The notes under the pieces were generated by a model, which ran no database searches, was not told where the DNA came from, and saw only the letters and a list, made by a program, of their open reading frames with translations. A DNA stretch of 63,350 bases, filler included, from Reclinomonas americana ATCC 50394 (taxonomy: Eukaryota): the NCBI GenBank assembly GCA_048213135.1. It is 5 parts of 4 records of this genome, joined end to end, with 100 filler letters (N's around TTAATTAATTAA, not from the genome) between each part and the next. Parts side by side here need not be neighbours in the genome. Positions count along the whole stretch, not along the records: positions 1 to 20,527 come from PS015037.1; positions 20,628 to 44,004 come from PS015038.1; 3 more parts are not named here. One strand, written 5' to 3'. Below are positions 12,001-23,600 of the stretch, one piece after another; the first letter of the stretch is position 1, and each line of letters starts with the position of its first letter. The position numbers and the translations under genes are program-made.

Positions 12001-15000
12001 CGCTGCAGTTCACCACCAATCGCCTCGGCAACGAGGACTATGTGACGGCGATTTCATTCAACGCCAGCGGGACCGACGCGTCCGACATTGAGTTCGTGAC
12101 GTGGGTGGCGATTGGCCGTGCGGCGCAAGGCGCACCGATCTCGTGCCCTGTCGGCTACAGCGGCTCCAACTGCGGCGTGTGCACGCTTCCCGACGGTACC
12201 ACGACGTGCTCACTGAACGGACGTGCAGTGCTGAGCTGTGCTTATGGCACCACTCAGATTGTTGCTGAGTGTGCCGAGAGTCGCGAGTGCTTTGAGGCGT
12301 ACGGCTCGGCGCACTGTGGATGCTCGGCGAATGGTGCTGTGTGCTCGAGTGGTGGTGACTGCTGCTCTGGCAGGTGTGATTCTGGGCTGTGTGCGCCTGC
12401 GTGCAATCCCGCCACCACGTGCTCTGGCAACGGAACGTGCAATAGTGACGATACTTGTCAGTGCAATACCGACTATTACGGTGCATCGTGCAATGTGAAC
12501 TGTGTGGCGTCCACGACGTGCTCCGGCAACGGAGCTTGCAAGAGTGACGGAACGTGCCAGTGCAACAACAACTATTTTGGTGCATCTTGCAATGTCAACT
12601 GTGTGGCTGCAACAACGTGCTCCGGCAACGGAACGTGTCAGAGTGACGGCACGTGTCTCTGCACTGGCGACTACACCAATGCCAGCTGCAACTGCAGTCC
12701 CACTACGACGTGCTCCGGTCACGGGTCGTGCCAGAGTGACGGTACGTGTATGTGCACGGGCGACTACGCCAATGCCAGTTGCAACTGCAGTCCCACCATG
12801 ACGTGCTCTGGCCACGGTACGTGCAAAGGTGACGGCACCTGTCAGTGCACGGGCGACTACACCAATGCCAGCTGCAACTGCAGTCCCACTGCCACGTGCT
12901 CGGGTCACGGAACATGCAAGACTGACGGCACATGCCAGTGCACTGGCGACTACACCAATGCCAACTGCAATTGCAGTCCCACTGCCACATGCTCTGGACA
13001 CGGAACGTGCAAGACGGACGGCACATGCATGTGCACGGGCGACTACACCAATGCCCTCTGCAACTGCAGTCCCACTGCCACATGCTCCGGCAACGGAACA
13101 TGCAAGAGTGACGGCACCTGTCAGTGCACGGGCGACTACACCAATGCCAGCTGCAACTGCAGTCCCACTGCCACATGCTCCGGCAACGGAACGTGCAAGA
13201 GTGACGGCACCTNNNNNNNNNNNNNNNNNNNNNNNNNNNNNNNNNNNNNNNNNNNNNNNNNNNNNNNNNNNNNNNNNNNNNNNNNNNNNNNNNNNNNNNN
13301 NNNNNNNNNNNNNNNNGTCAGTGCACGGGCGACTACACCAATGCCAGCTGCAACTGCAGTCCCACTGCCACGTGCTCTGGTCACGGTACATGCAAGACTG
13401 ACGGCACTTGTCTGTGCTCTGGCGACTACACCAATGCCAGCTGCAACTGCAGTCCTACCGCCACGTGCTCCGGCAGCGGAACGTGCATGACTGACGGCAC
13501 GTGTCTGTGCACTGGCGACTACACCAATGCCAACTGCAGCTGCAGTCCAAGTCTCACGTGCTCTGGCAACGGAACGTGCCAGAGTGACGGTACTTGCCAG
13601 TGCTCTGGCGACTACACCAATGCCAGCTGCAGCTGCAGTCCAAGTCTCACGTGCTCTGGCAACGGAACGTGCCAGAGTGACGGTACTTGCCAGTGCACGG
13701 GTGACTACACCAATGCCAGCTGCAACTGCAGTCCCACTGCCACATGCTCTGGACACGGAACGTGCAACACCGACGGCACCTGTCAGTGCACGGGCGACTA
13801 CACCAATGCCAGCTGCAACTGCAGTCCCACTGCCACATGCTCTGGACACGGAACGTGCAACACCGACGGCACCTGTCAGTGCACGGGCGACTACACCAAT
13901 GCCAGCTGCAACTGCAGTCCCTCCGCCACCTGCTCCGGTCACGGAACGTGCAAGACTGACGGCACTTGTCTGTGCTCTGGCGACTACGCCAATGCCAGCT
14001 GCAACTGCAGTCCTACCGCCACGTGCTCCGGCAGCGGAACGTGCCAGAGTGACGGCACTTGCCTGTGCTCTGGCGACTACACCAATGCCAGTTGCAACTG
14101 CAGTCCTACCGCCACGTGCTCCGGCAGCGGAACGTGCCAGAGTGACGGCACTTGCCTGTGCTCTGGCGACTACACCAATGCCAGCTGCAACTGCAGTCCC
14201 NNNNNNNNNNNNNNNNNNNNNNNNNNNNNNNNNNNNNNNNNNNNNNNNNNNNNNNNNNNNNNNNNNNNNNNNNNNNNNNNNNNNNNNNNNNNNNNNNNNN
14301 NNNNNNNNNNNNNNNNNNNNNNNNNNNNNNNNNNNNNNNNNNNNNNNNNNNNNNNNNNNNNNNNNNNNNNNNNNNNNNNNNNNNNNNNNNNNNNNNNNNN
14401 NNNNNNNNNNNNNNNNNNNNNNNNNNNNNNNNNNNNNNNNNNNNNNNNNNNNNNNNNNNNNNNNNNNNNNNNNNNNNNNNNNNNNNNNNNNNNNNNNNNN
14501 NNNNNNNNNNNNNNNNNNNNNNNNNNNNNNNNNNNNNNNNNNNNNNNNNNNNNNNNNNNNNNNNNNNNNNNNNNNNNNNNNNNNNNNNNNNNNNNNNNNN
14601 NNNNNNNNNNNNNNNNNNNNNNNNNNNNNNNNNNNNNNNNNNNNNNNNNNNNNNNNNNNNNNNNNNNNNNNNNNNNNNNNNNNNNNNNNNNNNNNNNNNN
14701 NNNNNNNNNNNNNNNNNNNNNNNNNNNNNNNNNNNNNNNNNNNNNNNNNNNNNNNNNNNNNNNNNNNNNNNNNNNNNNNNNNNNNNNNNNNNNNNNNNNN
14801 NNNNNNNNNNNNNNNNNNNNNNNNNNNNNNNNNNNNNNNNNNNNNNNNNNNNNNNNNNNNNNNNNNNNNNNNNNNNNNNNNNNNNNNNNNNNNNNNNNNN
14901 NNNNNNNNNNNNNNNNNNNNNNNNNNTGGAACGTGCATGTGCACCGATCCGTGGGGCGGTGAGTGATTCAGCTGTATTTTCGGTGCGAAGTTCACATCGC

Positions 15001-16307
15001 GGAGCTAATTTATTATCGTGAGCAGGATCTACGTGTTCGACCTGCTTTGGATCTCCCACACTTGGATACCTCGGCGGTTGGAAATCCGTGGCCGCCAGCA
15101 GTGACGGAACCAAGTTGGTGGCTGTGGTGACTTTTGGTCAGATTTACACCTCAACTGACTCGGGCGTGACGTGGACTCCTCGCGAGTCAAGTCGCAACTG
15201 GTGGACAGTGGCCTCCAGCGCTGACGGCGCGAAGCTTGTGGCTATTGTTACCAACAACGGTCACATTTACACGTCTACTGATTCTGGTGTGACATGGACT
15301 CCTCGCGATTCTAGTCGCAACTGGACTGGAGTGGCTTCCAGCAGTGACGGCACCAAGCTGGTGGCTGCTGAGCAAGGTGGCCTGATTTATACGTCCACTG
15401 ACTCCGGTGAGACATGGGCGGCGCGCGCTTTCAGTCGCCAGTGGAGTGGAGTGGCCTCAAACGATGACGGTACCAAGCTGGTGGCTATTGTTGGTTTCAA
15501 CGGTCAAATGTACACCTCCGCCGATTCTGGCGCGACATGGACGCCTCGTGATACCAATCGCCAGTGGACCTCCGTGGCCTCCAGTAGTGACGGTACCAAG
15601 GTGGTGGCTGTTGTCGGCGGCGCCGGTGGTCAGATTTACACCTCCACTGACTCCGGTCAGACATGGACGCCTCGTGATTCTGTTCGCAGTTGGACGGGGG
15701 TTGCTTCCAGCAGCGACGGGACGAAGCTGGTGGCAGTGGCGAACCCCGGTTTCATCTACACCTCCACTGACTCGGGCGCGACGTGGACGGCTCGTGATTC
15801 CAGTCGCCAGTGGAGTGGAGTGGCCTCCAGCAGTGACGGGACCAAGTTGGTGGCAGTGGCGAACAGTGATAGGATCTTCACCTCCACCGACTCTGGCGTC
15901 ACGTGGAGCGGAGAGACGCAAGGGATCCACATCTCCAGTGTCCTGCTGGCAGTTGCCGCCAGCAGTGATGGCACAAAGGTGGTGACTGCTGTGTCGGGTG
16001 GTCGGCTTTACACATCCGCTGACGCTGGTGAGACGTGGACGTCGCGTGATTCCAATCGCAGCTGGCGATCGATAGCATCGAGCAGCGACGGCACGAAGTT
16101 GGTGGCTTTGGTGAACATTGGTGCGATCTTCGTCTCCACCAACTCGGGTGTGACGTGGGCGTCGCATGATGCCCCTCGTCAGTGGCGTTCGGCGGCTTCG
16201 AGCAGTGACGGCACGATGATGGTGGCCGTGGTGAACGCCGGTCGGATCTACACTTCCACCAATTCTGGCTCGAATTGGACGCCACGTGATTCCAATCGCC
16301 AGTGGCG
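9040..16307 (+). CDS. Large secreted or surface mosaic protein: signal peptide, Cys-containing beta-rich repeats, H-type-lectin-like domains, EGF/tenascin-like repeats, BNR/Asp-box propeller; 3' end in gap
   Basis: Exon 1 (9040-9139) is MSSRTLLVRHSTAFVCLVMLLSLTALCNTAAAA. In-frame introns: 9140-9546, 9844-9924, 10238-10465, 11236-11310, 11421-11494, 11775-11844, 14959-15025. Motifs include FTFAREFYRRPRVLLGF, ...FVTWVAIG, the CSGHGTC..DGTC.C repeats and the YTSTDSG.TW repeats. Confidence 0.8.
12693..14200 (+). repeat. Coding 93-bp tandem repeat (31-aa EGF/tenascin-like unit CSPTATCSGHGTCKTDGTCQCTGDYTNASCN)
   Basis: About 15 near-identical units are visible, interrupted by N gaps at 13213-13316 and 14201-14926, so the true copy number is unknown. 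Confidence 0.95.
15079..16307 (+). repeat. Coding BNR/Asp-box repeats of about 40 aa (10 complete units)
   Basis: Recurring W..VASSSDGTKLVA....G.IYTSTDSG.TWT.RDS.R, containing the Asp-box SxDxGxTW. Confidence 0.9.
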
Positions 16308-16353
16308 NNNNNNNNNNNNNNNNNNNNNNNNNNNNNNNNNNNNNNNNNNNNNN

Positions 16354-16384
<31 letters not shown>

Positions 16385-16467
16385 AAGAGAAGAGAAGAGA
16401 GCGAAGAGAGAGAGAGAGAGAGAGAGCGGATTGAGCAAAGCATTGAATGAAGTGTCTGTGTGCACAG

Positions 16468-16557
16468 GTGGACATGATGATCAACGAGTTGGATGTGGAT
16501 GGTGATGGGCAGGTGGCGTACTTTGAGTTCTCCAAGCTCACGCAGATGAATGCGTGA
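16468..16557 (+). CDS. Terminal exon of a calmodulin-like EF-hand protein
   Basis: After acceptor TGCACAG: VDMMINELDVDGDGQVAYFEFSKLTQMNA*, with an EF-hand loop DVDGDGQVAYFE. Confidence 0.8.
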   Translation: MDMMINELDVDGDGQVAYFEFSKLTQMNA

Positions 16558-16906
16558 TCAGCCTGTGTAATGTAAACGTGTATTTTGTGAATGCCTGTTC
16601 TCGGAATTTGCTCATCGAGGTAGATCCCATCGGCGTCGTGTGATGTTGGAGTTGGGTCGAGGTCAGTTGCTCCTCTCCCTTTCCCTCTTGTTACGCGATC
16701 TCTGCGTTTCATTTTATTGTCATCCATTGTGGGGGGTAGTCAATTAGAAAGGTTGTTAAAAGGTAGGAATTACGGCCTCGGTGAACACAGCCGCGGCTCT
16801 CGCGTCGGGGCACCACTCGTGCGCAGACGCCGAGCCGAACATGGCTGGTCATTGGAGGCATGGTAGGAAAAAAAGGATAGTCGATGAAGACTCGTAAAAG
16901 AATGAA

Positions 16907-19900
16907 TCAGACGGGATGGGTCGGCAGCGGATTGTCGCTGGCAAAAGCGATAGGGAAGGGCGGAAGAGCGTGGCTGCTATCGCGCACCAGCGACTCGGTC
17001 CACCACCAAGGCATCTCTCCGCGGTGGGTACTCGCGTGTGCGCAAGCCAACTGCGGCACGCATGATGAGAAGATGGTGAGCGACGCGTCGTTGTTGACTG
17101 TCGTACCTCATACAACAGTTGGCGTGCCGACTTGCCAGCAATGTACGTGTCGTAGGAGCGAGGACGCACTTCGCCGACGTGAAACTCGCTGTGAGGGAGA
17201 TGAGGGGAAGAGTGAGGGGGGCGGTGAGAGAAAGGGGAGACAACTCCACACTTGCGCAATGTGTGGAAAGAGAGAGAGGGAGGGAGAAAGAGCGAAGAAG
17301 AGATAAAGAGGAGAATGAATTTCGCATCGATATCCCTCAGCCGCAAAAGGGCAGAGAGAGAGAGAGACTACAGTATGCAGGAAACAACGCGAAATTCGAG
17401 TGCTGACTTCTCTCTTTCCTCTTTCCGGTACAGAAGAGGACACAAAGGCAAAGACTTTGTCTTCACGGGCACAACAGATTAAGCATGTCCCTCGTTTCAC
17501 ATGCACAATTGTCAAGCACAACAGTGAGGGTGAGAAGGAAGCAAACAAGAACCCTTTCCCCGTTCCCTTATTCCCCCTTTCCCCTTTCGCTCACCGATCA
17601 CACGCCGCCACCATCACCCCATCCCCCGCATTCCGCCGCATCATCACCTCAAGGCACAGTGCTCGCAAGTGCGCCACACTTTTCGCCGACTCCGGCACGC
17701 TACGTATGGCATCGTCAAAGGGCTTCGCGCGACTGCACGCAGTCACGTGGGCCTCCTGCATACGGCCGTAGAACAGCGGCTGCGGGGCGGGTCGGTGAGG
17801 TGCGACAAGGATAAGGAAAAAAGCCAGAGCTCGAGGGGGAGACGTACATGTCGCAGCACGTCCTCCATGCACCCGACACGATCGGACGGATGCGCGTGCA
17901 GCATCAGCCGGATAAGATCGAACGCCTGCCAGATCATCTCTACACGACAATGTTGAGTGACATGGCTGAGCGGGCGGGCACGCGACAAAAAGGCCCACCA
18001 GAATCGGTGAGACGACCAGCATCGTAGATGCTATCGAAAAGCGAATCGAGCGCCTCGTCAACGTCCTCGGCAGACGGCGCCCACTGGAAGAGGCTGCGTC
18101 CGCAAAACATCTCGGCCAGAATGCACCCGACCGAGAAGATGTCAACTCGCGCGGCGTCGTACTTGTAGCACCGGCTCACGTCGTTAAAGTCGACCTCGGG
18201 AGCACGGTACAGCGCCGTGACCACACAGCCCGAGTAGAAGCCGGTCGGATCGTCCTCGGCATGCATGCCGCAGGCCAATCCGAAATCAATCAGCTGCAGC
18301 ACCTTCTTATCAGCATCGCGCGCGCACACTCGGTCATCTCTCCCAGCCATCTTCTCGATATATCGCACCCATTCTCAATCTCTGTTTTCCCAATCTCTTA
18401 TGCTCTCCCTCCACCCTCTCTCTCTCTCATTGTCTCTCGTTCTTGTGCTCTCTCTCTCTCTCTNNNNNNNNNNNNNNNNNNNNNNNNNNNNNNNNNNNNN
18501 NNNNNNNNNNNNNNNNNNNNNNNNNNNNNNNNNNNNNNNNNNNNNNNNNNNNNNNNNNNNNNNNNNNNNNNNNNNNNNNNNNNNNNNNNNNNNNNNNNNN
18601 NNNNNNNNNNNNNNNNNNNNNNNNNNNNNNNNNNNNNNNNNNNNNNNNNNNNNNNNNNNNNNNNNNNNNNNNNNNNNNNNNNNNNNNNNNNNNNNNNNNN
18701 NNNNNNNNNNNNNNNNNNNNNNNNNNNNNNNNNNNNNNNNNNNNNNNNNNNNNNNNNNNNNNNNNNNNNNNNNNNNNNNNNNNNNNNNNNNNNNNNNNNN
18801 NNNNNNNNNNNNNNNNNNNNNNNNNNNNNNNNNNNNNNNNNNNNNNNNNNNNNNNNNNNNNNNNNNNNNNNNNNNNNNNNNNNNNNNNNNNNNNNNNNNN
18901 NNNNNNNNNNNNNNNNNNNNNNNNNNNNNNNNNNNNNNNNNNNNNNNNNNNNNNNNNNNNNNNNNNNNNNNNNNNNNNNNNNNNNNNNNNNNNNNNNNNN
19001 NNNNNNNNNNNNNNNNNNNNNNNNNNNNNNNNNNNNNNNNNNNNNNNNNNNNNNNNNNNNNNNNNNNNNNNNNNNNNNNNNNNNNNNNNNNNNNNNNNNN
19101 NNNNNNNNNNNNNNNNNNNNNNNNNNNNNNNNNNNNNNNNNNNNNNNNNNNNNNNNNNNNNNNNNNNNNNNNNNNNNNNNNNNNNNNNNNNNNNNNNNNN
19201 NNNNNNNNNNNNNNNNNNNNNNNNNNNNNNNNNNNNNNNNNNNNNNNNNNNNNNNNNNNNNNNNNNNNNNNNNNNNNNNNNNNNNNNNNNNNNNNNNNNN
19301 NNNNNNNNCCAGCACAAACTTGTCCATCGTCAAGCACTTATGCGGGTCGGACGAAAACACGTCGACCAATCTAGGAGTGATCTTGACCTGTGCAACACAG
19401 TGCGAATGAGCTCACCAAGACCTGTACACATGCAGCACGTCTTGAAGACACGACACGCAACATACAGCTCCTGCGCGGACAAGTAATCGACGACTTGCAG
19501 CTCGCGCCCAAATCGTCGCGCCAGCATGCCCTCAAAGTGCGAGTCGGGGAAGGTGCCGTCGGCCAGTTGAGTCGGCTCCTGGATCTTCACCACGCATCGT
19601 CCGTGGCGCGCATGTTCCGCGAGTCTGACAACAAGCGAAAAGAGGGTCAAGTGACGTCGAGTTGGCATTTGAATCAAGAGTGGCGCTCTTTGTGTGTTGT
19701 CTGTGTGTGTGTGTGTGTGTCTGTGGTTGTGTGTGTGCCTGAGAGAGCGAGCGGCAAAGGAGAGAAGGAGTGGAGAAAGAGTTGTCATGATCACTCGGAC
19801 GTCTGCCCCGCCCGCTTCTCGTGCTGTCATGACACTGACTGTGTGTGTGCTCTCTGCTTCATGTGCTCACCTCACGACTCCGTACACGTTGCGCCCATCG

Positions 19901-20004
19901 CCGAGTCTCTTCTTGAGCGCGTATCCGCGTCCTACTGCAGCCTCCTGTGTCGCCACGTACTTGGCCACAGCGACACTGCGAGAGGCGCCCCCTCTGTCCG
20001 ACAT
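16907..20004 (-). CDS. Ser/Thr protein kinase, CMGC (CDK/MAPK)-like, multi-exon, catalytic loop hidden in gap
   Basis: YALKKRLGDGRNVYGVV (G-loop), CVVKI, LQLIDFGLA, VVTALYRAPEV, VDIFSVGCILAEM and DLIRLMLHAHPSDR. The terminal exons are less certain. Confidence 0.85.
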
Positions 20005-20267
20005 GCTCAGGAGAGAGAGGGAGAGTGCGTGTGGGTGCGCACTGCGCTCTTGCGACACAATCACGACAACAAGATCTTTTTTTGGCTCGCATTCCGGACG
20101 GAGGACATACGCAGTGCAACGTTCACCTCCTCGCCACACAACGCACGCAGCAGCAGGTTGTCCACCTATCGCGTTGCTGCAAGCGCCACTTCAACAACAA
20201 ACAACGTGCATTTCGGAGAAACTTTCCCGCACAGAACGTCGACGTCGCTGGGCGGACATCATTTTGC

Positions 20268-20459
20268 ATGTCGCTCTCACCGCGCAGACGACGAGGCCAC
20301 GCCTCTTCCTCCTCTGCCTCTGCCTCTGTCTCCGATGCATCCTCGCCCCTCTCGGCCACAGAACTCCGCTCTCTGACTGCGACCATTGCCGACATTTGCG
20401 AGGAACTTCCCGAGCATTTGTGTGATCCAATCAGTCACGCGCTCCTCGTGGATCCACTG
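20268..20459 (+). CDS. First exon of a U-box domain protein (fragment at contig end)
   Basis: MSLSPRRRRG...EELPEHLCDPISHALLVDPL followed by donor GTGCGT. P..L.DPIS..L..DP is the start of the U-box signature. Confidence 0.7.
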
Positions 20460-20527
20460 GTGCGTTTTCGCGATCACACGTACAATGAGAAAGAGAGAGA
20501 GAGTATGTGTGACTGTCTTCTCTTGTA

Positions 20528-20627
20528 NNNNNNNNNNNNNNNNNNNNNNNNNNNNNNNNNNNNNNNNNNNNTTAATTAATTAANNNNNNNNNNNNNNNNN
20601 NNNNNNNNNNNNNNNNNNNNNNNNNNN
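20528..20627. other. Artificial contig spacer
   Basis: 44 N + TTAATTAATTAA (stops in all six frames) + 44 N. Confidence 0.97.
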
Positions 20628-23600
20628 GAAAGAGAAGAAGAAAGAGAAGAAGAAGGGAGGAGGCGGTGATGGTGGAGGCAAGCGAGGTGGCGTGGTAGGC
20701 GGAGGGGGACGCGAGTGAGTTTTGACAAACAGCCGATACTCGTCATGCTTGATGTTGTCTAATTTCCGCCATATGATCATGCAGTCGCTTGCCACGTGCC
20801 TCCGACCCGTCTGGCTCCTCTGACCCGCTGCCTGAGAGTCTGAGGTGAGTGCTCTTGGTGCCTCAGTGAGTTGTGCACAGAGCTCCTGATTGAGATCCGC
20901 TGTTCGATTTTTGCTTGCAGCGATGACGCTCCTGCTGATGCCCCAGCCGACCTGACTCTGCACGCGAGCAAGGGGTGAGTGCATGGACGCACAATGTGCG
21001 ACCCTCCTTCTTCGCTCACCACCATGTTGGCCGCAGTGCCGTCAACTACATGCGTCTCTGCCGAGGACTCGATGCCGTGTCATTCGCCCTGCAGAAGCTG
21101 GTTGACAGAAGACTGCCCGAGTTTTGTCTCGAGCATGATGTGGACGTCAGGCACTGGTGGGCGGCGGAGCCTCCTGAGCGGTGCGCTTTCCCCTGGTTGC
21201 TGTTGCTGCTCGGCTGCTGATGTTCACGAAATCTTTTTTGCCAGCCTGTTCGACAACAAGGGGGAGGCACTGTTTCCTCTTGTTGTTAAAAAGTACGCCG
21301 AGTACACCCAGATGATGCAAGCTTGGTACAACAGCTTTGACTTCTGGAAGGAGCACCGCGACACTGCGCGTCGTCCAAGTTCCGCTTCATTCGATGTAAC
21401 CCTCACTGTCGGCATTCTGTTTCAGTGCGGCGTTAACATCGACGGCAAAGTGACGCTCTTGGTTGAAAACCAGAAGGCGGTAAGTAGATGCACTTAGCCT
21501 CGAGCCTGTGGCATGCACTCACCGAGTACGACCACTAGCGAGGCAATCTCGGACTTATTCGCGACGCGCGCAACGACGAAAGCCACAAGGATACTCACAT
21601 CGCCACGGACAGGGAGGTGACCGACCTGCTGGGCGACCTCGACGGGAAGAAACCTGGCCTGTGTATCAGGTGCCTTCGCTCTCTCGACTTGGACGCCGGG
21701 ACGCTGGAGGCTGCCGAAACTATGGTCAAGGAAGCGCGCACTGGTACGTCTATGCAGCAGACCGACATGCCACTATTACAAAACCTGACTGGCTGTGCTC
21801 TCTCATTTGATTGCAGCTCACATCACGTACAACAACTTGGACGAGGAGTTGAAGTGGGTGTGCAGACGCACAGTCGAAGCCGTCTCAAATATCTCTGACG
21901 CCGAGCTTCTGGTGGATCTTCATTGCAAGCCTCACGAGCCCAATGGCACCGAAACGTTGCTACTGACGGAGGTAAACAACAGATTCATGTGCTGCAGTTT
22001 TACTTTGTCTGAGCTCACCAACGTGGACCACCGCGCGCCCAGTTGATGAAGTTCTCCACGAGAGGCCAGCACGAGCGTGTGCTCCTACTTCTTGGGCACA
22101 GTGGCGCTGGCAAGACGACGGCACTCACTCAACTTGCTTGCGCAATGGCGGAGGCGTATCTTAATGCCACCGACAACAAGAGCAGATTGCCGCTTCACGT
22201 GTCGCTGTCGTCGATTCACAATCCGCAAGAACAGCTGCTTGAAAAGGTTCTCGAGCAGCTCGTACCGGCTGTGCGTTGGACGGCCGAGTCGAACGCCGAG
22301 GCTGTGAACACCTTACGCAGGCGTCCTCTACTCATTATTTTGGACGGGTATGAGGAGGTTCATTGCCGCGACAATCTCTTCAAGACGAGTGGGGTACGTG
22401 CGCTGTGTTTATGTTGGGCACTTCTTGCCGACGATATCAATTGTCGTCTTCTTGTCGCAGCTCGCTCTCTGCAACAACGTCAAGGTGATTATTTCCTGCC
22501 GCAAGGACTATGCAAACGGCCTCGCAGGTGGCAAAGTGCGAGTACAACTGGCCGACAACAAGCACAGAAGACAGCGCGACTACTCGGCGCACTTTGCCCC
22601 GGAGCCACTCAGCGGCACTGGAGTGGAACAGAGGCTGGTGGTACGCCGGATCAGGAAGCTTACCGACGGTCAGCTTGACGAGATCAAGACCAATTGGAAG
22701 CAGCAACAGCAACAACGCCGTCCCGACGCTGTCGCTGACGTTGCATTGGTGGATCGCTTGGGTCGGGACGACGATAAGCTGCACAAGCTGCTGCGCAATC
22801 CGTTCATGCTTCGAGTGGCGTTGACGGTGTTGGAGTCGCCGGATGCAGCAACAGCTTTCAAGTCCAAGAGATCGCTGCTCGACAAGTTTCTTCGTAGTTG
22901 GTTCGAGCGCCACTCGGTGACCTGGTCTCGCGATCGTCAGTACTCGGCGCGTGAACCCACGTTGACTGCGTGCCTCATGTTCTGCGAGGGACTGGCCAAG
23001 AGAATGTTCATGTACGATCGCGTTGTGATTCAGCGTGATGCTCCAGCGGCCGACGAAGAGGACATTGCGGCTGTTCTCGACGGTGCTCCGCGCCGGATTG
23101 TCGCCAGCCAGGCACCTCGGCCTGCCAGTCGCGCCGCAAGTGACCAGGACGATGAGTTTGCGGTGTTCTTTGAGCCGCGATTCGAGCACCTGTTGGCCTG
23201 CTGTCCGATTGCTCGGCGTGGCAACTCGTGGGCCTTCCACCACTCCCTGTACCGCTTGCACTGCATCGCCCGTCACGTTTTCGTGTTCGATGAACGCACT
23301 TGGGGGGAGGCAGAACCGTTGACGGTGGAAGAAGTTCGCAGTCACCTGCTCGGCGTGCGACCGCTGAACGACGAGACGCAGCTGTTGGCGCATCTGGCTG
23401 AGGAGGTGTGCACTTCCTCGCGACTGCAGCAGCGGCTGTGGGAGATCATCACGTTGTCCAAGTTCGACAATGACGAGCGAACGGTGACGGCGGCGGCCAA
23501 TGCGGCGACTCTGCTGTGCTATTCGAGTGTGCCGTTCAGTGGCCGTGACTTGCAAGGCGCTCGGCTGCGTGGCGCCGATTTGCGCGACGCCGTCATGCAT

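Noticed and set aside
12693-14200. Regular repeat array as CRISPR-like
   Set aside because: The units are contiguous, in-frame coding repeats with no unique spacers and no cas genes.
16308-16557. EF-hand fused to the C-terminus of the secreted BNR protein
   Set aside because: An N gap of unreliable length separates them, the BNR unit is cut mid-repeat, and a calmodulin-like last exon more likely belongs to another gene.
20572-20583. TTAATTAATTAA palindrome repeated four times as a biological element
   Set aside because: It is always centred in 44+44 Ns and is a six-frame-stop concatenation linker.
20268-20714. U-box exon as the missing N-terminus of the HEPN-NACHT-WD40 gene
   Set aside because: The two are separated by an artificial 100-bp contig spacer, so their adjacency carries no information.
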